A DNA stretch of 62,788 nt, counting the filler. It is 6 parts of 6 records of this genome, joined end to end, with 100 filler letters (N's around TTAATTAATTAA, not from the genome) between each part and the next. Parts side by side here need not be neighbours in the genome. Positions count along the whole stretch, not along the records: positions 18,709 to 32,188 come from DRR723986_4333; 5 more parts are not named here. One strand, given 5' to 3'. A program made the position numbers and the translations under genes. Numbering within the stretch: the stretch's first letter is position 1; each line of letters opens with the position of its first letter. The notes beneath the pieces were generated by a model that was not told the DNA's origin, ran no database searches, and was given only the letters and a program-made list of their open reading frames with translations. Positions 21,202-31,785 of this stretch are shown here, piece by piece.

Positions 21202-21739
21202 AACGCTCCCCTTTCTTCTGTCTAACTTCTGCGGAACAGCTCCGATCCTTCTGGATCCACCGTTCCGGTTCCCTACTGCCAACCGGTCACTTTACTGAAC
21301 ACAATGGCTTGGCAAGGACCGATCTAAGAAACACAAGCTTTCGTGAAGCTTTCCCCGTTGTTTCTTGAGGTCTACTTCATCAGCAGCAGTTAAAAGGGGC
21401 GTTAAAAGACAGGTTTAACGTAATGCGAACAAAATTTTAAATAAGTCTGAAATTCATATTGCGGTAAGTATATGGTTGCGATTTTCCCTTTTTAATCAGT
21501 CATATTCTCCGAAAATTTGACAAGGCCCATCAACCTTCCGTTCACCATGGATTCGTTTCCACAATTCTTTGTCCGGCTCTATTTCGTTCCCTTCCCTTCA
21601 GAAAACCAGACTTTGTCTCCCTTCGGCGTTCAGGAGGATTTTCGGACGACCTGACGTTGGGTGACGGCTTTTCAGCACGTTTCCAGGGCTATACATTCCC
21701 TTTCCGTAAACGGAAGGCATTCCGCTTTGGGAGGAACTT

Positions 21740-22162
21740 ATGCTGAAAACCATTCTGTCGTCCGCACTTCTTGCGGGCGCCATCATCACCACATCCGCAA
21801 CAATGTCTTTCGCAGGCGATGCCAAGGGAGACTGGGTCCGTCCGAACGGGGCATCCAAGATTCGGATAAGCTCCTGCGGCAGCTCCTTGTGCGGCAAGCT
21901 GATATGGCTGCGGGAGCCGCGAAACGACACCAGGAACCCGGACGCGGCCAAGCGAGACCGCCCGCTGCTGGGAGTACAGATCGTTCAGGCCATGAAACCC
22001 ACCGATAAGGAAAACCAGTGGAAGGGCAAGGTCTATAACGCCGAGGACGGCAAGACCTATACCGGCTTCATCGAGATGACGTCCGCCAACGCGTTGAAAC
22101 TGGAGGGCTGCGTGATGGGTGGCCTCATCTGCAAGGGCGAAACCTGGAAACGGGAACAATAA
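21740..22162 (+). CDS. Exported DUF2147 protein
   Basis: Signal peptide; LCGKLIWL, DTRNPD, RPLLG, WKGKVYNAEDGKTY, LEGC. Confidence 0.9.
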   Translation: MLKTILSSALLAGAIITTSATMSFAGDAKGDWVRPNGASKIRISSCGSSLCGKLIWLREPRNDTRNPDAAKRDRPLLGVQIVQAMKPTDKENQWKGKVYNAEDGKTYTGFIEMTSANALKLEGCVMGGLICKGETWKREQ

Positions 22163-22277
22163 ACGGCTGAACAAAGTCCGAAATCGCCAGATCCTGTCGA
22201 TTTGGCCTTTCCTCCGTCGCAATTGCCGGTCAGAGATTGTGGCGCAGTCGTCACCAGCATTGCGACGGGGGATAATC

Positions 22278-22751
22278 GTGGTTCCTGTTTCTTTCTTTGT
22301 TTCTGCGTTTCCGACTTCCAGACTGTTATCGAAAGCCGGTCTGTTCGCTCTCATGCTTGCAGGCGCAGGGGGCCAAGCCATTGCTGCCCCGGACATCAAC
22401 GGCAAATGGCTGACACCGGCAGGTGCCGTCATCCAGATTCAAAAATGCGGCAAGGTGCCCTGTGGCAAGATTGTCCGGTTTCCGGCCCCCAAAGGCTATT
22501 CAATGGAAAACACGCCGGATCTCAAAAACAAGGACGAAAGCAAGCGCAAACGGAAGGTGCTCGGCCTGACCGTGCTCTGGCGCATGGCACCACAGAAAGA
22601 TGGCTGGAAAGGCCGGGTCTATGATCCGCGTCGCGGCTTCAGCGCGGATGCCACCTTGCGCCCGAAGAACGCCTCCGCCCTGGAAGTACAGGGCTGCGTC
22701 CGCGTCGTTTTCAATGTCTGCGAAAAGGAAACCTGGCGACGGGTCGACTGA
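22278..22751 (+). CDS. Second exported DUF2147 protein (start uncertain)
   Basis: INGKWLT, PCGKIV, WKGRVYDPRRG, LEVQGC. Confidence 0.85.
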   Translation: MVPVSFFVSAFPTSRLLSKAGLFALMLAGAGGQAIAAPDINGKWLTPAGAVIQIQKCGKVPCGKIVRFPAPKGYSMENTPDLKNKDESKRKRKVLGLTVLWRMAPQKDGWKGRVYDPRRGFSADATLRPKNASALEVQGCVRVVFNVCEKETWRRVD

Positions 22752-22782
22752 CACCGCCGGTTCACCAGCTCAGCCCGGATCC

Positions 22783-23181
22783 ATGTCTGACACGTGCCTC
22801 ACGCCCGACGATATCGAAACGCTCACCAGACTGGAGGAAAGCCTGTGGCGAGCGGAAACGCGGTACGATCCGGTCCTGATGGACCGGATCTTTGCGGATG
22901 ACTTTTTTGAGTTCGGCCGATCCGGCCGTATCTATCCGCGTGAAGACCTGATCCTGCCCGCGCGTGCCGCACGGCCTATCGACGTACGCCTGCCCCTGCC
23001 CTGCCTCAAGTTCACCGTGATCGACACGAATTCGGTTCTCGTGACCTATGTCAGTGAGGTCAGGCGTGCGCTTGGTGACGTTGAAAGGGCAAACCGCAGT
23101 TCGATCTGGAGCAGACGAGACGGAGCCTGGCTGTTGCGGTTCCATCAAGGCACAGCGCGCCAGACACCGACTGATCAATGA
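22783..23181 (+). CDS. DUF4440 / NTF2-like protein
   Basis: LEESLW, FADDFFEFGRSG, RSSIW, FHQGT. Confidence 0.85.
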   Translation: MSDTCLTPDDIETLTRLEESLWRAETRYDPVLMDRIFADDFFEFGRSGRIYPREDLILPARAARPIDVRLPLPCLKFTVIDTNSVLVTYVSEVRRALGDVERANRSSIWSRRDGAWLLRFHQGTARQTPTDQ

Positions 23182-23185
23182 TGGC

Positions 23186-23662
23186 TCAGACGAACATCTT
23201 CTTGTAGCCGTGATGGCTCTGGTCGTAGCCAAGCCGCTTGTAAAAGTGATGTGAGCCTTCGCGTTCCTTGTTCGACGTCAGCTGCACCATGCAGGCGTTG
23301 CGCTGCCGTGCCAGGTCTTCAGCCCTTGCCATCATCAGCCGCCCGACACCGGTGCCGCGCTGGTCTGCCCGCACGTGAACGCTTTCCAGTTCAACCCTCG
23401 GGCGCCCCTGGAAGGCGAGCCCCTTCATGAAATGGATCTGGAAGGTACCGACCACTTCTCCGCTTTCGGCAAGCGCGACGTAGATATCGCACTCGGGTGC
23501 GGCGGCAAGCGCGTCAAATGCCGGTCGGTAGTCCTGCCAATCGGCAAATTCCCTGTCCTTGCGAACACTGGTCGCCCCCGCATTGATGATGGCGACGATC
23601 TCGCGAAGGTGCTCCGGGCGGGCTTTTTCGATGGAAACGGTCGAGGCAATTGTGTCAGGCAT
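23186..23662 (-). CDS. GNAT acetyltransferase
   Basis: VHVRADQRGTGVG, VQLTSNKER, FYKRLGY. Confidence 0.9.
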   Translation of the reverse strand: MPDTIASTVSIEKARPEHLREIVAIINAGATSVRKDREFADWQDYRPAFDALAAAPECDIYVALAESGEVVGTFQIHFMKGLAFQGRPRVELESVHVRADQRGTGVGRLMMARAEDLARQRNACMVQLTSNKEREGSHHFYKRLGYDQSHHGYKKMFV

Positions 23663-23697
23663 CTTCGGTTCGCGCCATTGGTCAGGAAAGATTACGG

Positions 23698-25242
23698 TCA
23701 GCGGCAGATTGGGCTCTCGGGCGGGAGCTTGGCTACGCCCCACCAGCTTGTCCGCCAGCCAGGCGGCTTCCACAAATGCGGCCAAGCGCCGGTGAGGTAG
23801 GTTGCCTCAAGCGCCTCGCCGGCATCCCAGAAGGCGACCTGACTGAAGCGCTCCATTGCAGACGTGTCCGGCTCCTTGTCCCCCTCTTCCCAGATGAAGA
23901 AGCAGCTGTGTCGCGGTGGCGTTCTGGCCGGAATGGCCTTGGTAACCAGCCGGGCATCGGGAAACAAGACCCTCAGATTGCCGCCGGTATAGCCATCATC
24001 AGCAATCAGTGTGGCGTCTGCTGCTCCCAGGTCAGCCAGCGGTGCCTTCAAGTCCGCGTAAGGCTTCATGTGCCGGCACTTGCCGCCGCACCATGTCTTG
24101 TCCGGCGCAACCAACCCGGGCACCCGGGCGAGAAAGGCAACCGCGACAACTGCCAGAACAACGGCCGTCAGCCAGCGCCATTGCTTTTCAAATCCAAAGC
24201 GTTCCAGGTCCGCAAACAGCCACACCGGCAGCAGCAGAAGCAGCGGGTGCATGTGCCGTTCCTTGACGTAGGTCGCACCGGTGATCGCAATCATCAGCGC
24301 CGTCAGCAGGATCATCAGGAGAACCGTGTGCCCGCACAGGCGCGCTGCGTCACTCACGGCAGGTATTGCGGGCTTTTTGCGGCCAAGATAGCGCGGCCAG
24401 AACAGCAGGAGCAGCAGCGGGACCAGCGGAACCGAGAAACCGACAAGTCCGAAGGCAAGTTTCCCGAGCCCCTCGCCTGCGCGCATCAGATGCGATGTTT
24501 CAGCACTGACGCCCATGGTGTCGGAAACCGATGCCAGCAGCTTCAGCCCTTCGCTGAAGATCCAAAAGGCATAGGGGCTGTAGATCAGTGCCGCCGCGAA
24601 AGGCACCAGCAACAGGCCGGAAGCGCGCAGCCGGGTGCGCCATGCCGGGTCGCTGGCCGCTGCCAGGATCAGGGCAAGTACAAAAATCGGGTAGGAATGC
24701 TTGCCCAGCAGTCCGGCCCCGGCCGCCATGCCAAACAACACGTAGTAGCCGAGCCGCTGTGTCTCCAGCGCCTTCAGGAAGAAGAAGGCGCTCATGGCGC
24801 AGGCTGCAGTCAACACCACCGTGTGGGTGACGCCTTCATGAAGGTTCCAGCCAAACTGGTAGAAAAGCGAATAAGAAAAGACACACAGTGCTGCAAGGCG
24901 CGTGTCGTGGATGGCCTTGCGTGCGATCAGAAACAGAAACAGCGCGGCAATCGAGATCAGGGTGTATTTGACGAAAAGCGCTGCCCAGATTGTAGGGCCG
25001 AACAACTGCTGCGCAGACCAGAGCAGCCACTCGTAAAGCGGCGGCTGACGCAGCATGTAACCGGGCTCCAGTGTCTGCACCAGAACGTTCTCGAACATAT
25101 CGTCCGTACCAAGGACGGGCGTGTTCAACGCCCTCAGCAGGATATGCGCGAGCCCCCAAAGGGCGACGACGCCCCAGACTCCGAGGGGCGTGGCATAAAA
25201 CGGAGCCGGCCCTGTACCGGCGGTCGAACTGCGAAACATCAT
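23698..25242 (-). CDS. ArnT/PMT-like (GT83/GT39) membrane glycosyltransferase
   Basis: DD motif, QPPLYEWL, GLLGKHSY, many TM segments. Confidence 0.8.
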   Translation of the reverse strand: MMFRSSTAGTGPAPFYATPLGVWGVVALWGLAHILLRALNTPVLGTDDMFENVLVQTLEPGYMLRQPPLYEWLLWSAQQLFGPTIWAALFVKYTLISIAALFLFLIARKAIHDTRLAALCVFSYSLFYQFGWNLHEGVTHTVVLTAACAMSAFFFLKALETQRLGYYVLFGMAAGAGLLGKHSYPIFVLALILAAASDPAWRTRLRASGLLLVPFAAALIYSPYAFWIFSEGLKLLASVSDTMGVSAETSHLMRAGEGLGKLAFGLVGFSVPLVPLLLLLFWPRYLGRKKPAIPAVSDAARLCGHTVLLMILLTALMIAITGATYVKERHMHPLLLLLPVWLFADLERFGFEKQWRWLTAVVLAVVAVAFLARVPGLVAPDKTWCGGKCRHMKPYADLKAPLADLGAADATLIADDGYTGGNLRVLFPDARLVTKAIPARTPPRHSCFFIWEEGDKEPDTSAMERFSQVAFWDAGEALEATYLTGAWPHLWKPPGWRTSWWGVAKLPPESPICR

Positions 25243-25350
25243 GGCAGGGGGATACTAGATTTTCGGAAGCCTGTAACCTCGCATTTTCCCTTGCGAAAAC
25301 AAAAACGCGCGGCTCGACGCCGCGCGCTTCAAGCGTTCAGCCGGCAGGCC

Positions 25351-26139
25351 TTAAAGTGCAGGCAAAGGCGGCAGCGGCGTCTTCAGCCACTTCTCTGACA
25401 GCTCGCCCAGCTTGCCGTTCAGCTTCTTGTGCAGAACGAAAACGTTGACCCATTGCAGAAGGTCGATGTTGCCCGTCTTCACACCGATGAAAGACGGCGA
25501 ATTGGCGATGATGAACTTGTTTTCCAGATTGAAGTCCGGGTTGTCATTGGAAATGCCCAAAGCCACCATGTTGCCGGTCACGATAACGTCGGCCTGGCCG
25601 GAAACATAAGCTGCAATGGTGGCGGCGTTGTCGCCAAACCTGATGATCTCCGCATCTTCCGGTGCATCCGCCGTGATTGCCAGATCTTCAAGCGTGCCGC
25701 TGGTCACCGCTATTTTCTTGCCGGAAAAATCCGCGATGGTGGAAACGGCCACGTCAGGCTTGGCAAAGGCTCCGGAAAAGAACGGAGCATAGGCGTGAGA
25801 GAACCAGATCGACTTTGCGCGTTCCGGATTGGCACCGAGTGTTGCAATCACGAGATCGGCCTTGTCGGTTTCCAGAAACGGAATGCGCTGCTTGGACGTG
25901 ACGGGCACCAGCTCCAGTTCGACGCCCAGGTCTTCCGCGATCATCTTTGCGACGTCGATATCGTAGCCTTCATATTCGCCTTCACTGCCCAGCGAGCCAA
26001 AAGGCGGAAAATTCTCCGGTGTAGCGATCTTGATCTTGCCGGCTTCCAGAATGTCCTTAAGCTCTGCAGATGCAGGACTAGCAATCATCAATGCGGCAGA
26101 CACTGCCAAGCCTGTCAGCCCAAAAATTTTTTTCAACAT
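25351..26139 (-). CDS. Polar amino acid ABC transporter substrate-binding protein
   Basis: Signal peptide; FPPFG, GYDIDVA, RIPFLETDKAD. Confidence 0.92.
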   Translation of the reverse strand: MLKKIFGLTGLAVSAALMIASPASAELKDILEAGKIKIATPENFPPFGSLGSEGEYEGYDIDVAKMIAEDLGVELELVPVTSKQRIPFLETDKADLVIATLGANPERAKSIWFSHAYAPFFSGAFAKPDVAVSTIADFSGKKIAVTSGTLEDLAITADAPEDAEIIRFGDNAATIAAYVSGQADVIVTGNMVALGISNDNPDFNLENKFIIANSPSFIGVKTGNIDLLQWVNVFVLHKKLNGKLGELSEKWLKTPLPPLPAL

Positions 26140-26178
26140 TACGCGACCCTCCTTCGGTTGTTCTTGAAGCGCGATTTG

Positions 26179-26889
26179 TCAGGCGGCGGCAGCAGCCCCG
26201 CCCTTGGACGATGTGGACCCGAGGCGCTTTTCAAGGCGCCGCGACCACACAGACAACGGAAAACAAAGAGAAAAATAGATCATCGCCATCAGCGGATAGA
26301 TGACAAAGGGTTGGGTGCCCGGCACGGGCGCGTTCGCCCAGCGCTTGCCGACCGTCATCAGGTCATGAAAGCCGATGATATAGGCAAGCGACGTGCCCTT
26401 GATGATCTGCACCATGAAGCCGACCGTGGGCGCAATGGCCAGGCGAAACGCCTGTGGCAGAATGATCAGGAACATGATCTGGGCGAAGGTCATGCCCAGC
26501 GCCTTGCCGCCTTCATGCTGGCCTGCCGGTATGGCCGTCAGTGCCCCGCGCCAGACTTCGGCCAGGTAGGCGCTTGTATAAAGCGTCAGGGCAATGCCGG
26601 CCGCTCGCCACGGGTCAATCTGGATTTCGAAAAGATGCGGAATACCCAGCCCGAGCAGAAACAGCAGCATCAGCAAGGGCACTGACTGGAACAGCCAGGT
26701 GTAGGCGGTGAAGATCTTCCGCAATATCTTGACCGGTGAAACCCGCGAAGCGGTTACGCATGCGCCGATCAAGCCCCCACCGATGAAAGCGATCAGAGAC
26801 AGATAGATCGTGTATTGGGTGGCTTCCAGAAGCTGGAACAGGACGATGCCGAATGGTTTGCCGAGGATGGCGACGAAGGCGTCTTTCAT
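26179..26889 (-). CDS. Polar amino acid ABC permease
   Basis: SVPLLM, SAYLAEVWRG, GQHEGGKALG, ILPQA, IKGTSL. Confidence 0.92.
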   Translation of the reverse strand: MKDAFVAILGKPFGIVLFQLLEATQYTIYLSLIAFIGGGLIGACVTASRVSPVKILRKIFTAYTWLFQSVPLLMLLFLLGLGIPHLFEIQIDPWRAAGIALTLYTSAYLAEVWRGALTAIPAGQHEGGKALGMTFAQIMFLIILPQAFRLAIAPTVGFMVQIIKGTSLAYIIGFHDLMTVGKRWANAPVPGTQPFVIYPLMAMIYFSLCFPLSVWSRRLEKRLGSTSSKGGAAAAA

Positions 26890-27566
26890 CGAACCACCTT
26901 CCATTTGAACAACCGGTCATGCAGCAGCGCCAGAAGGGTTTTGAAACCCAGTGACATCAACAGGTAGATCACCGTCAGGGTGAAGAAGATCTCGAACGAG
27001 CGAAAATTCCGGCTGTCGATGAAGAGACCTGCCCATGTCAGGTCCGTCACGCCGATTTCCGAAATGATGCCGGTTGTCAGGAACAGGAAGATGAACTGGC
27101 TGTTGAGCGAAGGATACATGGCGGCAACTGCCTGCGGCAGGCACACTTTCACGAAGCTGAGCCAGCGCGGCAGACCGAGCGCATCGGCGGCTTCCGTTTG
27201 CCCCGCGCCGAGGGACGCCAGGCCCGCGCGCAGGATCTCCGCAAAATAGGCGGAAAAATTGATGGAGAGTGCCAGCAGCGCATGGGCCCAGAAGGGCCAT
27301 TGGTACCCAAGAAGCAGCGGTAAACCGAAGGCGACGAAAAACATCTGCACGATCAATGGCGTGTTGCGGATGAATTCGACATAGGCCGCCGCCAGTTGGG
27401 CAAGAACCGGCACCCTGTAGTGGCGGACTGCCGCCAGCAGCACGGCGAGAAGAAACCCCAGGATGCCGCCGCCGATTGTCAGCGCAGCGCTGATCAATGC
27501 GCCCTTGGCGAGCAGCCACAAATATTCCGGATTCCGGTAGATCTCGAAAAATCTAAGGTTGGACAT
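26886..27566 (-). CDS. Polar amino acid ABC permease
   Basis: YVEFIRNTPLIVQ, SAYFAEILRAG, GQTEAADALG. Confidence 0.92.
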   Translation of the reverse strand: MSNLRFFEIYRNPEYLWLLAKGALISAALTIGGGILGFLLAVLLAAVRHYRVPVLAQLAAAYVEFIRNTPLIVQMFFVAFGLPLLLGYQWPFWAHALLALSINFSAYFAEILRAGLASLGAGQTEAADALGLPRWLSFVKVCLPQAVAAMYPSLNSQFIFLFLTTGIISEIGVTDLTWAGLFIDSRNFRSFEIFFTLTVIYLLMSLGFKTLLALLHDRLFKWKVVR

Positions 27567-27953
27567 TGATACCAACCAGAGAAACAAGGCCGTGCTTCAT
27601 CAAAAACTTCCAATGGTTCAAACCAGAGTTGGAAGAGCAAGCCTTGTGCCAAAGGAAAGAATTGCAGGCGTTCGCCGTGAACCTGCAGCTGAACTTCAAT
27701 GATGCGCGAACAACGGAGGCACTTGCCTCGATATTGGGCAAAATTACAAGGCAGTCCGACCTGACAACCAGGCATGACTGGTGGTCACGCAGATACCGAG
27801 CTGCCTGGAACAACTGATCAAGCACCGGGTTGAGGCTGTGCATCGTGCAGCTATCACGACTTCAAGGCCGCGGGAGATGCCTGGACGATTAATCTGGACC
27901 GCTTGCCCTATGGACACTGCCTCGATGGATGCGACAGGCTTGCTAAACCGCTG

Positions 27954-28565
27954 TTATCGGGGCCGGTTTGCCATTGCCCTGAAGGCCTCGACACATTGGT
28001 CGGCTGCAGCAAGCAAGGCTTCCTCACACACGCCATCACGGGCCAGAACCGACATTCCAGTTTGCATCGAGAAGAGCATCGTTGCCGCGGCTGCGGTATC
28101 GAAGTCACCGGGAAGTTCACCTTCCTCCTTTGCCTGCTCGATGCGTGCCTGCAGTTGGAGAAGATTGTTCTTCCGCATCTTACTCAAACCCGCCGGAACG
28201 GACTGGTCCTCGGTGCAACTGTGTTGAGCTCCCAGTACGACCATGCAGCCAGGTGGTTGTCCGGTCATGCAATAGGCTTCGGCAGAGCGTGTCAGGAAGG
28301 TCCGGACCGCATCGAAAATTGAGGGGGCCTCGTCCAAACCGGTCCAGATACCGTTGTGATAGTTCTCGACGTAGTGAGCCAGGGCTTCGCAGAAAAGCTC
28401 CTGCTTGCTGCCGAAGGCAGCGTAAAGGCTGGGCGTGTTTATTCCCATGGCTGATGTCAGATCGCTCAGCGATGTTCCCTCGTAGGTATTCGACCAGAAA
28501 ACTCGCATCGCCCGCTCAAGAGCCTCTTCCCGGTCAAATTTTCTAGGACGACCTCTCGTTGCCAT
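27954..28565 (-). CDS. TetR-family regulator
   Basis: GRPRKFD, FWSNTYEGTSLSDL, MGINTPSLYAAFGSK, PPGCMVV. Confidence 0.93.
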   Translation of the reverse strand: MATRGRPRKFDREEALERAMRVFWSNTYEGTSLSDLTSAMGINTPSLYAAFGSKQELFCEALAHYVENYHNGIWTGLDEAPSIFDAVRTFLTRSAEAYCMTGQPPGCMVVLGAQHSCTEDQSVPAGLSKMRKNNLLQLQARIEQAKEEGELPGDFDTAAAATMLFSMQTGMSVLARDGVCEEALLAAADQCVEAFRAMANRPR

Positions 28566-28574
28566 TCAAACCCT

Positions 28575-28653
28575 TTCTGTATCGATCGATAAATAAATCA
28601 CTTGACCCTTCAACACAAGCAGTCCATCTAATTTTGTATCAATCACTACAAAA
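28575..28653. promoter_or_regulatory. Two palindromic TetR-type operator sites
   Basis: TGTATCGATCGATAAA and TTTTGTATCAATCACTACAAAA in the divergent tetR/SDR spacer. Confidence 0.6.
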
Positions 28654-28665
28654 TAGGAATCGACG

Positions 28666-29403
28666 ATGACATTGATTGGAAAAACTGCCTTCGTGACAGG
28701 GGGAAGCCGGGGCATCGGCGCAGCAATCGCCCGCAAGCTCGCCGAGGATGGAGCTGATGTAGCGATCAGTTATGCGTCAAACGAGGACGCGGCCGCAGGG
28801 ACGGTTGCGGCGATCGAAAAGACGGGCCGCAAGGCACTGGCCATTCGCGCCGACAACAGCAAGGCCAATGAGTTGCAGGACGCGATCAACAAGGCTGCAT
28901 CCACCTTCGGAAAGATCGATATTCTGGTGAACAACGCCGGCGTCTTTCTCGTTGGCCCGGTCGACCAACTGTCCCTGGAGGACTTCGACACATCCCTGGC
29001 GGTCAATCTTCGTGCAGTGTTCGTTGCATCAAAAGCCGCGGTCACGCACATGCCGGACGGAGGCAGGATCATCTCGATCGGCAGTAATCTTGCAGCTCAG
29101 GCGCCCATGGCCGGACTGGTGGCCTATAGCGCAACCAAGGCAGGCGTCACCGGATTGACCCATGCGCTTGCGCGTGATCTCGGCTCCCGGCGGATAACGG
29201 TAAATGCCGTGCATCCGGGCTCCACAGATACGGACATGAACCCAGCCGACGGTCCGTTTGCCGACGGGCAACGGGCGCTCATGGCACGGCAAGCCTATGC
29301 ACAGCCTGAAGAAATTGCCAATGTTGTCGCTTTTCTCGCCTCGGACGCTGCACAGTCTGTTACAGGAGCAGACTGGTTGATCGACAATGGTGCAAACGCT
29401 TGA
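28666..29403 (+). CDS. SDR oxidoreductase
   Basis: TGGSRGIG, NNAG, YSATK, VNAVHPG. Confidence 0.93.
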   Translation: MTLIGKTAFVTGGSRGIGAAIARKLAEDGADVAISYASNEDAAAGTVAAIEKTGRKALAIRADNSKANELQDAINKAASTFGKIDILVNNAGVFLVGPVDQLSLEDFDTSLAVNLRAVFVASKAAVTHMPDGGRIISIGSNLAAQAPMAGLVAYSATKAGVTGLTHALARDLGSRRITVNAVHPGSTDTDMNPADGPFADGQRALMARQAYAQPEEIANVVAFLASDAAQSVTGADWLIDNGANA

Positions 29404-30569
29404 TGACAAGAGGTTCTTCCAAAGCCACAGCCCTGACAATCGGGCTGTCGGCACTGGTGCTGGTGGCGACGGAATTCATCGTCATCGGCCTTGCGCCTGC
29501 AATGTCGGCGCAGCTGGACATGACACCCTCGCAATCCGGCTGGCTGGTGACGTGGTTTGCCATTGGCTCCGCCCTCGCCGCGCCGTTCCTTTCCGCGTAT
29601 CTGTCTGATACGTCTCCGGCGAAGGTGCTCGGCTGGATGATGCTGCCCAACTCCGCCAACCTGATATTGATCGTATTGCCGAATTTCGAGCTTGCCGCCG
29701 CTCTCCGGGTCGCTCAGGGAGCGGCATTGCCGGTCTACATCAGTTTCGCAAGCTCTCATCTCTCCCAAGTGTATGGCGCCGGCAAAGGCGTCGCGAAAGT
29801 TTATATCGGCGTTACGCTCGGTGTCGTCCTGGCGCCGTCTTGCGGAACATTCTTTGCAGAACGGTTTGGCTGGCAAACCCCTGTCGCAGGCCTTGGTTTG
29901 TTGTCAGTGGTCCTGCTGTTCGCCAATCTGAGGCTTCACTTGCCACCTTTCCAGGCAAAGACAGCCAGCGCACTTTCCCTGCTTCGCCGTCCATCGTTTC
30001 TCTGTCAGCTTTTTCTGTCTGTCTGCGTTTTCTCGGCAATGTTCGCTGGCTATTCGTATCTCACCAGTCTGTTGGCCAACGCCGGGCTTGAAGGAGATCA
30101 GATGTCCATCGCGCTGCTGGTTTTCGGTGCAGCCGGCCTCGCCGGGAACTGGGTCGGAGGAAGGACAGCGGATCATGCGTTGGCCGGCGCCATTGTCGTT
30201 CCATTGCTTGTTTCAGGCGGAGCCATGGCCTTCGGCCTTCTGGCGACTGCTCCCGCCCTGCTTCTGACAGTCGTCCTGATTGCCTGGGGCATGGCCCACG
30301 CTGCCGGCTTCGTGCTGTCGCAGGTGCGCGTGATGACGGCAGGGCCTGATCACAAGAGTTTCGCGGCATCCATGAACATTGCAGCCGCCAATGTCGGCAT
30401 TGCACTCGGTACCTTCGTGGGCGGATGGATGCTTGAAACGGGTGGCGTAGCCTCAATGAGCGCAACCGCAGCACTGTTTGCATTACCATGTGTCGCGACG
30501 GTCATAACGCTCGCAGCACTGCCCAGAAGGTTTCGCTCACCTGCCCCGGAGGCCGCAGACCGGATCTGA
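29400..30569 (+). CDS. MFS transporter (DHA1-like)
   Basis: TEFIVIGL, FGWQ, NIAAANVGIALG; about 12 TM. Confidence 0.88.
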   Translation: MMTRGSSKATALTIGLSALVLVATEFIVIGLAPAMSAQLDMTPSQSGWLVTWFAIGSALAAPFLSAYLSDTSPAKVLGWMMLPNSANLILIVLPNFELAAALRVAQGAALPVYISFASSHLSQVYGAGKGVAKVYIGVTLGVVLAPSCGTFFAERFGWQTPVAGLGLLSVVLLFANLRLHLPPFQAKTASALSLLRRPSFLCQLFLSVCVFSAMFAGYSYLTSLLANAGLEGDQMSIALLVFGAAGLAGNWVGGRTADHALAGAIVVPLLVSGGAMAFGLLATAPALLLTVVLIAWGMAHAAGFVLSQVRVMTAGPDHKSFAASMNIAAANVGIALGTFVGGWMLETGGVASMSATAALFALPCVATVITLAALPRRFRSPAPEAADRI

Positions 30570-30621
30570 ACCAAGCGCACCAACAGAACGTCACCGAGAA
30601 CCTGTTGGCAACTGAACAGTT

Positions 30622-30646
30622 ATGTCCACTGAGCTTCAGTGGACAT
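30622..30646. repeat. Perfect 11-bp inverted repeat between convergent genes
   Basis: ATGTCCACTGA-GCT-TCAGTGGACAT. Confidence 0.75.
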
Positions 30647-30692
30647 TGTCCTGAAAGCTTGAAACAGGCAGCCGGCAGCGAGGTTTTTCCGC

Positions 30693-31313
30693 TCAAGGCC
30701 GGAATGTAGCCAGTTTGTAGGCTGCGAAGGAGAAGAAGACGCCCAGCGTTGCGCTTATCCAGCGCTGACTACGCCGATAGAAGCGGATGACGGGTGCGGT
30801 TGAAAACGTCACTGCATAGGCGACGTGCCCGATGATGGAAATTGCCGTACTCAGGCCAATCAGCAGCAGACCGACCCATAGCGGCGTGTCGGCACCCAGG
30901 CCTATCCCGACAATCGCGATCCAATGCAGTGCTGCCTTCGGGTTGGTCATCTGTATAGCGAGCCCCTGCAGGAACAGATTGCGTCCCCTTGCACCGGTCA
31001 CATGCTTTGCGTTGGCCGGCCTTGAAGCCGCACGGAATGCCTTGAATGCCAACCACAACAGGTAGGCCGCCCCGAAAATCTTCAGAACGGTAACGGCCTG
31101 GGCATAAGCGGCAATCAGGGCAGTCAGTCCGGCAACCGTGAAGGTTGCCCATAGACCGGAGCCTGCGCCTACACCCAACGCGAGCTGGGTGCCGGACTTG
31201 CGACCGCGTTCCATCGACGTCCCGATGATGGCGAGGATGTTTGGTCCAATGCTGATGAAACCAAGAGAGAAGATGCCGAGAGCCAGAAAAAGGCTCGCAA
31301 GATGCTCGTTCAT
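30693..31313 (-). CDS. LysE/RhtB family exporter
   Basis: SIGPNILAI, LKIFGAAYLLWL, TNPKA. Confidence 0.9.
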   Translation of the reverse strand: MNEHLASLFLALGIFSLGFISIGPNILAIIGTSMERGRKSGTQLALGVGAGSGLWATFTVAGLTALIAAYAQAVTVLKIFGAAYLLWLAFKAFRAASRPANAKHVTGARGRNLFLQGLAIQMTNPKAALHWIAIVGIGLGADTPLWVGLLLIGLSTAISIIGHVAYAVTFSTAPVIRFYRRSQRWISATLGVFFSFAAYKLATFRP

Positions 31314-31385
31314 TGCCCCTCCCAGGTGTGGATGGCATTACGTGCGCAACAGCGCTTCGGCCCGATCAGAGCACGCAATGTTCCC

Positions 31386-31781
31386 TCAGTCCAGAAAGGT
31401 CCAGGTATCCGCGCCATCGAAGTGACGCAGCCCGATGGCTTCGATGGTTCCAGGAGGCGCTAGCCGGAGGTTGACTGCCAACCGATCGGGAAACTCAGCC
31501 GACAAGCTTTGCCAGTGGGTGGTGCAGCCGCAAGTGTTGCAGCTGTGGAAAGCCAGTCCCTTGTCGCCCCAGACGTAGCTGAGCGTTGCTCCGGGTGCCG
31601 CCTTGATCTCGATATCGCCAGCTTCGCCATGCCCCCAGATGGTGCCCAGCCGGCGGCAGATGGAGCAGTTGCATTCAACGGCGTGTCGAGGCGGTGTCTT
31701 CATTTCGTAAGACACCGCCCCGCAATGGCAGGAACCGGTGATGGGCAGCTCAACTTTCGGCGCTGTCCCCTCACCGCTCAT
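31386..31781 (-). CDS. GFA (CENP-V) family Zn protein
   Basis: GSCHCGAV, CNCSICRR, CNTCGC. Confidence 0.9.
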   Translation of the reverse strand: MSGEGTAPKVELPITGSCHCGAVSYEMKTPPRHAVECNCSICRRLGTIWGHGEAGDIEIKAAPGATLSYVWGDKGLAFHSCNTCGCTTHWQSLSAEFPDRLAVNLRLAPPGTIEAIGLRHFDGADTWTFLD

Positions 31782-31785
31782 GGTC

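Noticed and set aside
21389-21419. Possible CtrA boxes upstream of the Sel1 gene
   Set aside because: TTAA half-sites are spaced 8 and 9 nt rather than the canonical 7; not supportable without a PWM scan.
27553-27843. 96-aa minus-strand ORF as first gene of the ABC operon
   Set aside because: No recognisable motifs and atypical composition; probably spurious.
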